Source: Candidatus Multivoradales bacterium (GTDB lineage Bacteria > Acidobacteriota > Thermoanaerobaculia > Multivoradales > JAHEKO01). Taken from it: a DNA stretch of 64,000 bases. The stretch is from the NCBI GenBank assembly GCA_965223855.1, contig CBDCXM010000009.1:2208001-2272000 (forward strand), written 5' to 3'. The translations under genes and the position numbers were made by a program. The notes beneath the pieces are model-generated. The model saw nothing but the letters and a program-made list of their open reading frames with translations, was not told the origin of the DNA and searched no databases. This document shows positions 37,097 through 46,411 of this stretch, one piece after another; positions within the stretch are counted from its first letter, which is position 1, and the number at the start of each line of letters is the position of its first letter.

Positions 37097-38413
37097 TCAG
37101 AGCCGGGTTCGGGTCGCCGCCAGCCCGCCTACCAGCGAGCCGCTGACGGCACCGTCGGCGGCGCCGAAGACGATCGCCGGCAGCAGGTTGCCCTCGGCGG
37201 TTCCGGCGAGGGTCGGGTGCGCGAGATCGACGACGGCGAAGTCCGCCCAGGCGTCGGGCTCGATGCGCCCCGCTTCCAGCCCCAGCGCGCCGGCGCCGCC
37301 ACGGGTGGCAATCTCGAGGAGTCGCGGGGCGTTGTCGCGATCCCGGTCGAGCACGACGCCACGCTCGCCGCGCCGCAGGCGCTGACCGTACTCGAGCAGT
37401 CGCATCTCCTCGAGCATCGAGATGCGGGCGTTCGAGTCGGTGCCGAGACACAGCGCCGCCTCCGGGTGTTCGAGGCTTTCGAACGCCGGCAGGCCGTCCC
37501 CGAGGTTGGCTTCGGTCAGAGGGCACAGACAGATGTGAGCCCCCGCAGCGGCGAAGCGCCTCACGTCCGCACTCGTCGAGTGGGTGGCATGGACGGCACA
37601 GAACTCCGGGCCCGGCTCGAGCCGATCGGTGACGAGAGCGAGCGGGCCCACGCCCCACGCCTCACGGCACTCTTCGATCTCCCGCGGCTGCTCCTCGAGG
37701 TGCATGTGGAAGACGAGGCCGCGGTTTTTGGACTCCGTGTGGAGCTCCCGGATCTCTCCGGGGTCGGCGGCGCGGATCGAGTGGGCGACGGCGCCGAGCC
37801 TGACGGTGCTGCCGTCGGTGAGGCCCTCCAACTCGTCCATGCGGCGCCAGTAGCTCTCCGGGTCGGGAGTGGCGAACCGTTGCTGCCCGCCGGACAGCTC
37901 GGTGCCGATGCCGCCGCTCCGGTAATAAGCGACCAGCAGCGTCAGCCGCAGGCCGGTCGCGCGCGCCGCCTCGACGACGACCTCGTCGAACGCGTGATCG
38001 CGCGCCCCGGGGTCGAGGTGCCGCAGGTAGTGGAACTCGCCGACCGCCGTGATGCCGGCGGCGCGCATTTCGCCGAACGCCCGCCGGCACCACTGTCCGA
38101 GCGTCGTCTCGTCGAGTTCCTCGACCAGGCCGTACATCGCCTCCCGCCAGCTCCAGAACGAGCCGGCGCCGGCGGGGAAGTGCTCTCCCCGGCCGCGCAG
38201 CCCGCGCTGGAAGGCGTGCGAGTGGGCGTTGACGAAGCCGGGAAGCAGAGCGCAGCCGTGGAGCCGCTCGTCCGCCTCGACGCCGAGGGCACCGCAGCGG
38301 GCGATACGCCCGTCCCCGTCGATCTCGACCTGGAAGTCGCGCTGCCAGCGGCCGTCCGCCCAGGCGAGCTGAGCTTCGAGGGTTCTCGTCCTGCCGCTTT
38401 CCGGCGAGCTCAT
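37097..38413 (-). CDS. hutF: Formimidoylglutamate deiminase
   Basis: NAHSHAFQR, SFWSWRE.MY, VGEFHY, HSIRA, H..EQ..E, CPLTEANLGDG, GTDSN. Confidence 0.9.
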   Translation of the reverse strand: MSSPESGRTRTLEAQLAWADGRWQRDFQVEIDGDGRIARCGALGVEADERLHGCALLPGFVNAHSHAFQRGLRGRGEHFPAGAGSFWSWREAMYGLVEELDETTLGQWCRRAFGEMRAAGITAVGEFHYLRHLDPGARDHAFDEVVVEAARATGLRLTLLVAYYRSGGIGTELSGGQQRFATPDPESYWRRMDELEGLTDGSTVRLGAVAHSIRAADPGEIRELHTESKNRGLVFHMHLEEQPREIEECREAWGVGPLALVTDRLEPGPEFCAVHATHSTSADVRRFAAAGAHICLCPLTEANLGDGLPAFESLEHPEAALCLGTDSNARISMLEEMRLLEYGQRLRRGERGVVLDRDRDNAPRLLEIATRGGAGALGLEAGRIEPDAWADFAVVDLAHPTLAGTAEGNLLPAIVFGAADGAVSGSLVGGLAATRTRL

Positions 38414-39558
38414 CGCGGCCTGGCTCCGCAGAAGCGCTCGATCAGGTCGTCGACCACCGCACCGAGCTTCTCGAATTCGTGCTTCGGCAGGTACTCGTTC
38501 GGCTGGTGAGCCACCTCGATCGAGCCGGCGCCGAAGAGCACGCAGTCGAAGCCCGCCCGCGACAGGGCGCCGGCGTCGCTCGAGAATGACGCCCCCAGAT
38601 CGCGCGATTCCCCCGATGTTGCCCGGAGCGCCTCGAGCAGCGGTGCGTCGGCCCGCGTCTCGAGGGCGGGGCTCTCGTTGTCGATCGCGAGCTCCCAGTC
38701 GCTCCCTCCGAGCGCCGGCTCGAGGGTTCGGCGCACCCGCTCGGCGACGCTCGCGCCGTCCATCCCCGGCATCAACCGGACGCCGATCTCGAGCCGGCAC
38801 CGTTCGGGGATGACGTTGACGGCACTGCCGCCGTCGATCCGCCCGACGTTGAGGGCGGCGAAAGGCACCTCCGGGAACTGCTCGGCATGGGAGGTCTCGG
38901 CGCGCAGACTCGCCGCCAGAACGTCCAGCGCGGTGATCGCGCGGCCGGCGGGAACGATGGCGCTTCGCCCTCGATCGGGGTAGCCGCTGTGGGCGCTCCT
39001 GCCGGAAATCTCGAGTCCCAGCCGCAGGTGCCCCTTGTGAAGCCGTACCGGCTGGAGCTCGGTCGGCTCGCCGACCAGAACCTGCCTGGGGATGGGGCGA
39101 TCGCCGTGCTCGCGCACCCAGTGCTGCGCACCCCTGGAGCCCACCTCCTCGTCGGAGGTGAGGAGCACTCCCAGCGGAGCCTGGAGTTGCGTGGCATCGA
39201 GCCGGCGGAAGCGATCGATCGCCAGGGCGACGAACCCCTTCATGTCGCACGCTCCGCGCGCCGTCCAGCGATCGCCGCCGTCCGTCAACTCCCAGGGATC
39301 ACTCTCCCACCCCGGCTCGTCGGCGGGAACGACGTCGAGGTGACCGTTCAGGAGCAGCCCTGCGCGCTCCGTATCCCGCGGTCCGCGCAGCAGCAGTACG
39401 TTGGCCTTGCGGCCGGAGTCGTAGGGCTGAACGGTGGTCTCGTCGTCGGCGGCTCCGGCTCGGGTGACGACCCATTCGGCCAGCTCCCGGGAGGGAGCCG
39501 CGCTCACCGAACGGCAGGCGACGAGGTCGCGAAACAGGGAGACGACGTCGTTCGCCAC
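38410..39558 (-). CDS. argE: M20-family deacylase, acetylornithine deacetylase-like
   Basis: GHLDVVP, GACDMKGF, DEEVG, GEPT, HKG, AHQPNEY; stop overlaps hutF start. Confidence 0.85.
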   Translation of the reverse strand: MANDVVSLFRDLVACRSVSAAPSRELAEWVVTRAGAADDETTVQPYDSGRKANVLLLRGPRDTERAGLLLNGHLDVVPADEPGWESDPWELTDGGDRWTARGACDMKGFVALAIDRFRRLDATQLQAPLGVLLTSDEEVGSRGAQHWVREHGDRPIPRQVLVGEPTELQPVRLHKGHLRLGLEISGRSAHSGYPDRGRSAIVPAGRAITALDVLAASLRAETSHAEQFPEVPFAALNVGRIDGGSAVNVIPERCRLEIGVRLMPGMDGASVAERVRRTLEPALGGSDWELAIDNESPALETRADAPLLEALRATSGESRDLGASFSSDAGALSRAGFDCVLFGAGSIEVAHQPNEYLPKHEFEKLGAVVDDLIERFCGARPR

Positions 39559-39842
39559 CCGGCTAGGTTAAGCCTCGCGCCGCGAGGGAGCAAGGCAGGG
39601 CGGCGAGTTGGCGGCTCGATGTGACTTCTGCGCGGCACGTCGGTCACAAGGGTTGAAAGCGCCGGTTGCGGCCGGCGCACCCAAGGAGATCGACGGTCGT
39701 GACGCCCTCACCAACGTATCGGACGCTATGCGCCCCGGGGCCCCTTTCCTCGGTTGGTGAACCGGACCGGCTCCCGTGCCCATTCAGCGCGGGGTTCTCT
39801 CTCGGTTCTCGCGGGCCCGTCCGCGAGGACCTCTCTCCTCTT

Positions 39843-39886
39843 GGTGGGTAGCCCGGTCTCAAAGGCCGGGCTGCCCGCCGATTTTC
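39843..39886 (+). terminator. Intrinsic terminator-like hairpin
   Basis: 16-bp stem GGTGGGTAGCCCGGTC / GGCCGGGCTGCCCGCC with 3 G-U pairs on the + strand, loop TCAAA, followed by GATTTTC. Confidence 0.6.
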
Positions 39887-39995
39887 GAGCGCCCGGGACG
39901 TAGCCGGGACGCACCGGCGGCCCCGGTGCCGCGTGGTACGATCCCGGCCCGCGGCGGGCCGACGCCGCCCGCGCGACCCCACCCTGAGATCGACC

Positions 39996-41990
39996 GTGAC
40001 GTCCGACAACACCGTTCGGCTGACGCCCGGCAAGAGGGTTCTCTTCCTCACCAAGGATCCGGAGCTGATCCGGCGCCAGCTCGCCGGCGAGCTCGATCTT
40101 TCGATGCGCGACCTGTCAGTCGACGACCTGCTCGACGACATCAACACGGACGCGATGACCCCTGCCTGGGTCTGCTTCTCGCACCGGCCGGAGGACATCG
40201 CCCGGGACGCCTACGCCGGGTTGATCGTCGATGGCGAGCGCCTCTTCGAGCGCGACGCCCTCGCCAACGGCAACTTCGAGGTGATCGTCTCGGGTTACCG
40301 CAAGGGGGTCGGCAGCTCGCGCGAGACGGCCGTGCAGGCGGAGAAGTGGTCCGGGATCCGGATCGCCGTGGCCGCCTCGTTCGCACCCATCCATGCGGCG
40401 AACAACATCAATCAGGGCGTCCTGATGGCCGATCACGCCATGCTCGAGCGGCTCGAGGGGGGAGAGGAGATCGAGCTCGAGGAGTTCTGCCGTGACTTCG
40501 ACCCGATCACCCGGCTGATCGTGCATGCGGGGGGGCTTTTCCCGTTCGCTCGCGCGGTGGCCGACAGCTCGCTCGAGTTGCCGGTGAGCGAGACCGGGGA
40601 GCGCCCGATGACGATGGCGGAGAAGATCCTCGCCCGGCACCGCGTCGGCGAGGGCTCGCGCTGCGTGAAGCCCGGCGACTCGCTGGTCGTGAGCGTCGAT
40701 GGCGGCTACTCGCACGAGTTCACCACCGCCCAGGTGCATCACTTTCTGCAGCAGGAGCACGGCGAGGGCTATCGACTTACGGATCCGGAGCGGTTCGCCG
40801 TTTTCGAGGATCACCTCATCTACGCCGACGACGTGCCGCGGATGGCTCCCTTCCTCGACAAGATCGAGACCCTGCGCCGGCTGCAGCGCGAGTTCCAGCG
40901 ACACACCGGCGTGCAGGATTTCTCGGCGCGCGACGGGGTCTCGCCCGGCATCTGTCACGAGGTGGCGCGCGACCAGCTCGTCTCGCCGGGGCAGTTCGTG
41001 CAGGCGACCGACTCCCACACCTGCATGGGGGGCTGCAACAACGCCCTCACCTGGGGGGTCGGCGCCACCGAGTACGCGAGTCTCGTCTACTCCGGCTTCA
41101 CGACGGTCGAGGTCCCCGAGTCGATTCGCTTCGAACTCGTCGGGGAGCTGGCGGACGGGGTCACCGCCAAGGACCTGATGCTCTACATCCTGCTCGAGTA
41201 CGCGCGGCCGCAGAAGACGCTCAACCGGGTCATGGAGTTCACCGGGCCCGGCGTGCGGACGCTATCGATGGACGAGCGGGCGACCCTCACCAACATGGCG
41301 ACCGAATGTTCGGCGCGCACCGCGATTGTCGAGGCGGACGAAGAGACCTTCGCCTGGCTGGCGCGGCAGCGGCCCGGGATCGACGTCGACGGGCTGCGCG
41401 CCGGTGCGGTTTCGCCCGATGCCGGCGCCGAGTACGCCGGCGGCGTCCACTCGATCGACCTGTCGTCGATCCGTCCGATGGTGGCCCACCCCGGCGACCC
41501 CGATCGCGGCATCCCGTCCGATCCGACCAACGGCGCCTACGTCGACGATCTGGGCGAAGTGCCGATCGACATCGCCTACGGCGGGAGTTGCACCGCCGGC
41601 AAGATCGACGATCTGCGCTTCTACCACCGCGTCGTGCGCGAGGCGATCGACGCCGGACGGACGGTGCCCGAGGACGTTCGCTTCCTCATCCAGTTCGGCT
41701 CGCGCGACGTCGAGGACTACTGCCGCGAGGCCGGTTTCCTCGAGGACTTCGCCGCCGCCGGAGTGCAGCTCATCCGTCCCGGCTGCGGAGCCTGCATCGG
41801 ATGCGGCCCCGGAGTCTCGGAGAACGAGCAGCAGGTCACGGTCTCGGCGATCAACCGGAACTACAAGGGGCGCTCCGGCCCCGGCAAGCTCTTCCTCGCT
41901 TCCCCTCTGACGGTCGCCGCGAGCGCGTTCGCCGGCCGGATCACGCCGTATCGCAGCGGCATGTTCGAGAGAGTGACGGCAGCGACTTGA
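39996..41990 (+). CDS. Aconitase-family hydro-lyase, swivel domain N-terminal (LeuD-LeuC-type fusion)
   Basis: N-terminal DDINTD and GVGSSRE; then DH, GICH, DSHT, GSCT, GCGACIG, NRNYKGR. Confidence 0.9.
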   Translation: MTSDNTVRLTPGKRVLFLTKDPELIRRQLAGELDLSMRDLSVDDLLDDINTDAMTPAWVCFSHRPEDIARDAYAGLIVDGERLFERDALANGNFEVIVSGYRKGVGSSRETAVQAEKWSGIRIAVAASFAPIHAANNINQGVLMADHAMLERLEGGEEIELEEFCRDFDPITRLIVHAGGLFPFARAVADSSLELPVSETGERPMTMAEKILARHRVGEGSRCVKPGDSLVVSVDGGYSHEFTTAQVHHFLQQEHGEGYRLTDPERFAVFEDHLIYADDVPRMAPFLDKIETLRRLQREFQRHTGVQDFSARDGVSPGICHEVARDQLVSPGQFVQATDSHTCMGGCNNALTWGVGATEYASLVYSGFTTVEVPESIRFELVGELADGVTAKDLMLYILLEYARPQKTLNRVMEFTGPGVRTLSMDERATLTNMATECSARTAIVEADEETFAWLARQRPGIDVDGLRAGAVSPDAGAEYAGGVHSIDLSSIRPMVAHPGDPDRGIPSDPTNGAYVDDLGEVPIDIAYGGSCTAGKIDDLRFYHRVVREAIDAGRTVPEDVRFLIQFGSRDVEDYCREAGFLEDFAAAGVQLIRPGCGACIGCGPGVSENEQQVTVSAINRNYKGRSGPGKLFLASPLTVAASAFAGRITPYRSGMFERVTAAT

Positions 41991-43015
41991 CGTCACAGGG
42001 ACGTTCCTTCGGGCTTCTGGCGCGGTCGCGGCGCGGAGAGCTCACGGAATCATGGCACTTCGGAGCGGTCGCCGTCGTGCGACCCGACGGGGAACTCGAG
42101 GCGTCGGTGGGAGACCCCGCCCAACCGGCGTTCCTGCGGTCGGCCGCCAAGCCGATGCAGGCGGTCGCGATGCTCACGGCGGGCCTCGAGGACGACGGCA
42201 TCGCCGATGCGGATCTCGCTCTAGCCTGCGCCTCGCACGGCGGTTTCGACGTCCACGTCGATCGCGTCGCCGCCTGGCTCGGCGAAATGGGTCTCGAGGT
42301 CGGAGCGCTCAAGTGCGGAGCCCACCCGCCGCTCGACGAGGCGTCGAAGCGGCTCCTCGAGGCTTCGGGTGAGGTGGCCACGGCGCTCCACAACAACTGC
42401 TCGGGGAAGCATGCGGCGATGCTCCGCACCTGTCAGGTGCGTGGCTGGCCGCTCGCAGCGTACGTCGACGACTCACATCCCCTCCAGAGCCGCATCGCGG
42501 CGGCGGTCGATCGGTTCTGCGGAACGTCGCCCGGCGCCATCGCGAGGGCGACCGACGGTTGCGGAGTACCGACGTTTCGAGCGCCTCTGGCCGCTGCGGC
42601 GACCGCGTACGCGCGCCTCGCCGCACCGGAGTCGTTGGGCGATGAGAACGATCGACGACTCGCCGATCGTGTCTATGGCGCCATGACCGCGCATCCCGAG
42701 AGGGTCGCCGGGCCGGGGAGGTTCAGCACCCGACTCATGGAGGTCGGGGGAGGAGCCCTGCTGGGTAAGGAAGGGGCGGACGGCTTCTATGCGATCGCGC
42801 TGCGCTCGCCCCGCCCGCTGGGCGTGGCGCTCAAGATCGCAGACGGGACCGAGGTGTGCCGCGACGGCGTGGTGCTCGAGGTCCTCCGTCAACTCGGTGC
42901 TCTCGATGCCGCACAACTCGGCGAGCTCGAGGCGTTCCGCGTTCCTGTGCGCAGGAGCTGCGCCGGAGCTCAGGTCGGAGACGTCCAGCCGGTCGTGGAG
43001 TTGAAGCGCTCATGA
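41987..43015 (+). CDS. Rhizobium etli-type (class 3) L-asparaginase family protein
   Basis: RSAAKP.Q, CASH.G, HNNCSGKH, DGCG.P, K.GA.G, KIADG; TTGA overlap with the upstream gene. Confidence 0.88.
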   Translation: MTSQGRSFGLLARSRRGELTESWHFGAVAVVRPDGELEASVGDPAQPAFLRSAAKPMQAVAMLTAGLEDDGIADADLALACASHGGFDVHVDRVAAWLGEMGLEVGALKCGAHPPLDEASKRLLEASGEVATALHNNCSGKHAAMLRTCQVRGWPLAAYVDDSHPLQSRIAAAVDRFCGTSPGAIARATDGCGVPTFRAPLAAAATAYARLAAPESLGDENDRRLADRVYGAMTAHPERVAGPGRFSTRLMEVGGGALLGKEGADGFYAIALRSPRPLGVALKIADGTEVCRDGVVLEVLRQLGALDAAQLGELEAFRVPVRRSCAGAQVGDVQPVVELKRS

Positions 43016-43494
43016 ACCGGATCGGGTCGGCCGTCCGCGGTGGCGTCGCCGGGATCGCCCTGCTGGCTCTCGCCCTCGCCGGTTCCGCCTGCGCGGGGCG
43101 TGGCGAGATCGCTACCGCGGATCTGCCGCTGCGGCTGGTGAAGCCCGGTGTGGCCTCGGAGATCCTGCTCGACGCGCCGGAAGTGCTGATCCTCGACGTC
43201 CGAAGTCCGTCGGAGTTCGCCTCCACCTCGGGGCGTCTGGAGACGGCTCTCAACCTGCCGCACTCGGACCTCGAGGCGATGATCACCGATCTGAGCATCG
43301 ACCCCGAGTCGACGATCCTCGTCTACGGCGGCGACGGCGGCGAGGCCCAGCGCTCGGCCGCTCGGACGCTCCATGCCATGGGGTTCCGTTTCGTCTTCGT
43401 GATCAAGAACGGGCTCGAGGGGTGGCTGAGTGCCGGATTCCCCGTCGAGGTGGAAGAGACGGGCACGGGCCGCCCGACAGCAGCGGTCGAGTAG
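43012..43494 (+). CDS. Rhodanese-like domain lipoprotein
   Basis: Lipobox-like LAGSAC; ILDVRS..EF, ALNLP, GL.GW..AG.PV. Confidence 0.8.
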   Translation: MNRIGSAVRGGVAGIALLALALAGSACAGRGEIATADLPLRLVKPGVASEILLDAPEVLILDVRSPSEFASTSGRLETALNLPHSDLEAMITDLSIDPESTILVYGGDGGEAQRSAARTLHAMGFRFVFVIKNGLEGWLSAGFPVEVEETGTGRPTAAVE

Positions 43495-43546
43495 GCGGCT
43501 TCGACTGCTGCGCCGTGGCCTTCTGCCTGGCGCTCTGAGGGTGGCG

Positions 43547-43900
43547 TCAGGCGGCGAAGCCGAGCGCGGTCAGGGTTTCGCGGTCGGACGCCGGGACGCG
43601 GTCGAACATCAGACCCGCTTCGACCAGTTCGTTCTGAACCGGCCTCTGGTGCACCACGGTGGCCTCGGCATGCACGATCTGTGAGCCGAGCGCGAGCTCG
43701 AGGTGAAGCTGATCGCCGATCGTCAGGGCACGGTCGGACTCGAGGCGCAGACCGCCGGCGCCGATGTCGAGGGTTCTTGCGAGCGATGTGAGCGGCTCGG
43801 CAGGCACTCCGGAGATCATGCGGGCGAAGCTCAGGATGTGCTGGGCCGGTACCCGTGGGAACCGGCGCTTCTCGTCCGTGCGAACGGCCTGGGTCGTCAC
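43547..43900 (-). CDS. Stand-alone PilZ domain protein
   Basis: KRRFPRV (RxxxR), DIGAGG (variant of DxSxxG), V.H..., GL.F; GTG start inferred. Confidence 0.8.
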   Translation of the reverse strand: MTTQAVRTDEKRRFPRVPAQHILSFARMISGVPAEPLTSLARTLDIGAGGLRLESDRALTIGDQLHLELALGSQIVHAEATVVHQRPVQNELVEAGLMFDRVPASDRETLTALGFAA

Positions 43901-44034
43901 GGAACCACCGTCAGCCAACCCGCCGGGTCGGCTGGCTCTCCCTCGATGTTCACGGGACCGGATGGGCACCGGATGAATTGATACATGGCGCTGAGCTGGA
44001 TTGTAACGCCGTGCCCCCCGGGCGGGGGTGTGAC

Positions 44035-46323
44035 CTATTCCGCAATGGGAGCTCCGAGCAGCTCCCGCGGGATGCCGAATCCTGCGACGAGATCGGCGGC
44101 ACCGGGGCGGATCTCGCGGCACAGCCGACGGACCTCCCGCCGCACCGCCTTGGCCTTGCCGCTCTCGAGGTAGCCGTGCTCCTGAAACCAGCCGCGGTCG
44201 GCCTCGATGCGGTGGAGGGCGAAGAGGGTCGCGAGCTTCTCGAGGCTCGCGACGATCGCGGGATCACCGGCCTCCGCGAGCCCGTGCCGGAACTGTGTAT
44301 GCACGTGCCGCTCGACGTGCGCCCGGGCCAGCGAGACGGCGTGGTCCTGACACTCGACGAGGGCGGTGAAGCTGTCCACACCCTTCTGGATGCGGCTGCG
44401 TAGGCGCCTGCCGAGTGTGCTCAGCAGGTGCTGCTCGCGCCAGGTGAGCGCTTCCTCGAGGAAGTCGGCGGAGCGCAGGTGCTCCGGTGCGGTGTTGCGG
44501 GTAACGATCGGGTTGAGCTCGGCCACGGTGGCGCCGGCGCGCGCCGCGGCGAAGCGCAGCATGTCGAGGAAGCTCATGTCTCCGAACTGCTTGCGATAGG
44601 CGGTGAGCAGCCCCTTGGCGAGGAGCTGCATGAGCACGGTGTTGTCGCCCTCGAAGGTCGTGAAGACATCGGTGTCCGCCTTGAGCGAGGCGAACCGGTT
44701 CTCCGCCAGATAGCCCTGTCCGCCGCACGCCTCGCGACACGCCTGGATGGTGTCGGTGGCGTGCCAGGTGGCGACCGCCTTGAGACCGGCGGCGAGTCCT
44801 TCGAGCTCGCGCCGATCCTCGTTCGCGTCGAGGTAGCGCTGTGCAAGGTCGCGCAACGCGAAGTGCAGCGCGTAGGTGGTGGCGAGTCGGGGCAGGAGTC
44901 TCAGCTGGTGCGTCGTGTAGTCGAGCAGTGTCGTCTCGGCGCCCCCGGCGGGGCCGAACTGGCGCCGGCGCTCGGCGTAGCGAACGGCGATCGTCATCGC
45001 AGACCGGGTGGCGGCGAGCCCGGCCGAGGCAACGCTCACGCGGCCACCGACCAGGGTGCCAAGCATGGTGAAGAAGCGCTTCGACGGACTCGCGATCGGG
45101 CTCGTGTAGTTGCCGTCGGCGTCGACCTGGGCGAAGCGATCGAGCAGGTTCTCCCGCGGTACGCGGACGTGATCGAACATCAGTCGGCCGTTGTCGACGC
45201 CGTTGAGGCCGAGCTTGCGACCGCAGTCGGTGATCTCGATTCCGGGCAGGGCGGCGCCGTCGTCGTCGCGGATCGGGACGACGAACGCATGCACACCGTA
45301 GCCGACGCCGTCGATCTCGAGCTGCGCGAAGACGGTGGCGCATCGTCCGTGCGCCGCCGCGTTGCCGATGTAGTCCTTGCGCGCCGACGGGGTGGGGGAG
45401 TGGAGAACGAACGTGTCACTCTCGCGGTCGAACGTGGCGACGGTCTCGAGCTCGGCGACGTTCGAGCCGTGACCGGTTTCGGTCATGGCGAAGCAGCCCG
45501 GCAGCGCGAGCGTCGATGCCCGCTCGAGGTAGCGCTCGTGGTGCCTCTCGGTGCCGAGCTGGTGAAGGCTCCCGGCAAAGAGGCCGAACTGGACGCCGAA
45601 CTTGACGACCAGCGACAGATCGTGGCCGGCGAGAGTCTCGAAGGCGGCGAGGAAGGCGCCAGGGTCGTCGCCTCCACCGAAGCGGCGCGGAAAGCCGAGG
45701 GCACCGTACCCCTCGTCGGCCAGCCGGTGGCACCAGCCGAGCACCCGTTCGCGCTCCTCGGCCGTCGACAGGTCATAGCGGTAGGCGAACTCGTCGGTCG
45801 ACAGGAGCCGGCGAAGCTCGCGTCGCAGTTCACCGTAAGGCTCGTCGAGGAAGCGCCGGAGAGACCCGACGTCGAGCGGCGCCTCTTCCTCTTCCTCTCC
45901 AGCTGCGACCCCGTCACCCACCAAGCGCCGGGCCGCCTCGTCACTGACGACGCCGAGTGCCCCGGCGAGGCGATCGAGCGCCTCGAGCTCTGCGGACGTG
46001 GGCTCGTGGCCGTCGGCCCGCGCGAGGCGCTTCCCGAGCTCGTGCAGGCTCACCTTTTCGTCTGCCCCCCAGCCGGCTGCGGCACGCTCGATCGTCGTCA
46101 ACATCGCCCGCAGCTCGACTGCGCTGGGCGGCCTCTCGGGGTCGAGCCAGCGTCCGAGTCCGGCCTGACAATCGCTATCGAGATGAGGGGCGATAGCGGC
46201 ACAGATCTCCTCGATCTCCTGGTCCGAGAGATCGCCGTCCGCCCAGGCGACGTAGATCAGCGGCAGAAAGGTGCGCAGCCGGCTGGGAAGCTGCGCAGGA
46301 TCTTCGATGTCGGGTGCGCTCAT
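44035..46323 (-). CDS. Acyl-CoA oxidase/dehydrogenase with N-terminal TerB-like domain
   Basis: GCFAMTETGHGSN, KDYIGN, KLGLNGVDNG, CREACGGQGY, TFEGDN; N-terminal YVAWADGDLS..E. Confidence 0.9.
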   Translation of the reverse strand: MSAPDIEDPAQLPSRLRTFLPLIYVAWADGDLSDQEIEEICAAIAPHLDSDCQAGLGRWLDPERPPSAVELRAMLTTIERAAAGWGADEKVSLHELGKRLARADGHEPTSAELEALDRLAGALGVVSDEAARRLVGDGVAAGEEEEEAPLDVGSLRRFLDEPYGELRRELRRLLSTDEFAYRYDLSTAEERERVLGWCHRLADEGYGALGFPRRFGGGDDPGAFLAAFETLAGHDLSLVVKFGVQFGLFAGSLHQLGTERHHERYLERASTLALPGCFAMTETGHGSNVAELETVATFDRESDTFVLHSPTPSARKDYIGNAAAHGRCATVFAQLEIDGVGYGVHAFVVPIRDDDGAALPGIEITDCGRKLGLNGVDNGRLMFDHVRVPRENLLDRFAQVDADGNYTSPIASPSKRFFTMLGTLVGGRVSVASAGLAATRSAMTIAVRYAERRRQFGPAGGAETTLLDYTTHQLRLLPRLATTYALHFALRDLAQRYLDANEDRRELEGLAAGLKAVATWHATDTIQACREACGGQGYLAENRFASLKADTDVFTTFEGDNTVLMQLLAKGLLTAYRKQFGDMSFLDMLRFAAARAGATVAELNPIVTRNTAPEHLRSADFLEEALTWREQHLLSTLGRRLRSRIQKGVDSFTALVECQDHAVSLARAHVERHVHTQFRHGLAEAGDPAIVASLEKLATLFALHRIEADRGWFQEHGYLESGKAKAVRREVRRLCREIRPGAADLVAGFGIPRELLGAPIAE

Positions 46324-46411
46324 CTCGCTCCTCCGGAGGGGTCCGGGACGATCGTACATGCCCGTCGAGAGGGCTTCTGGGTCGTCTGGCCTCTGATAGC
46401 CTGCGCGCCCT

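Noticed and set aside
39699-39851. Leader peptide upstream of the aconitase-family gene (AAGGAG then GTG)
   Set aside because: No run of regulatory codons and the SD spacing is long; the RNA-structure explanation fits better
38410-41990. LysK plus homoaconitase as an alpha-aminoadipate lysine cluster
   Set aside because: No lysW/lysX/lysZ/lysY nearby; the M20 enzyme looks ArgE-like and is coupled to hutF
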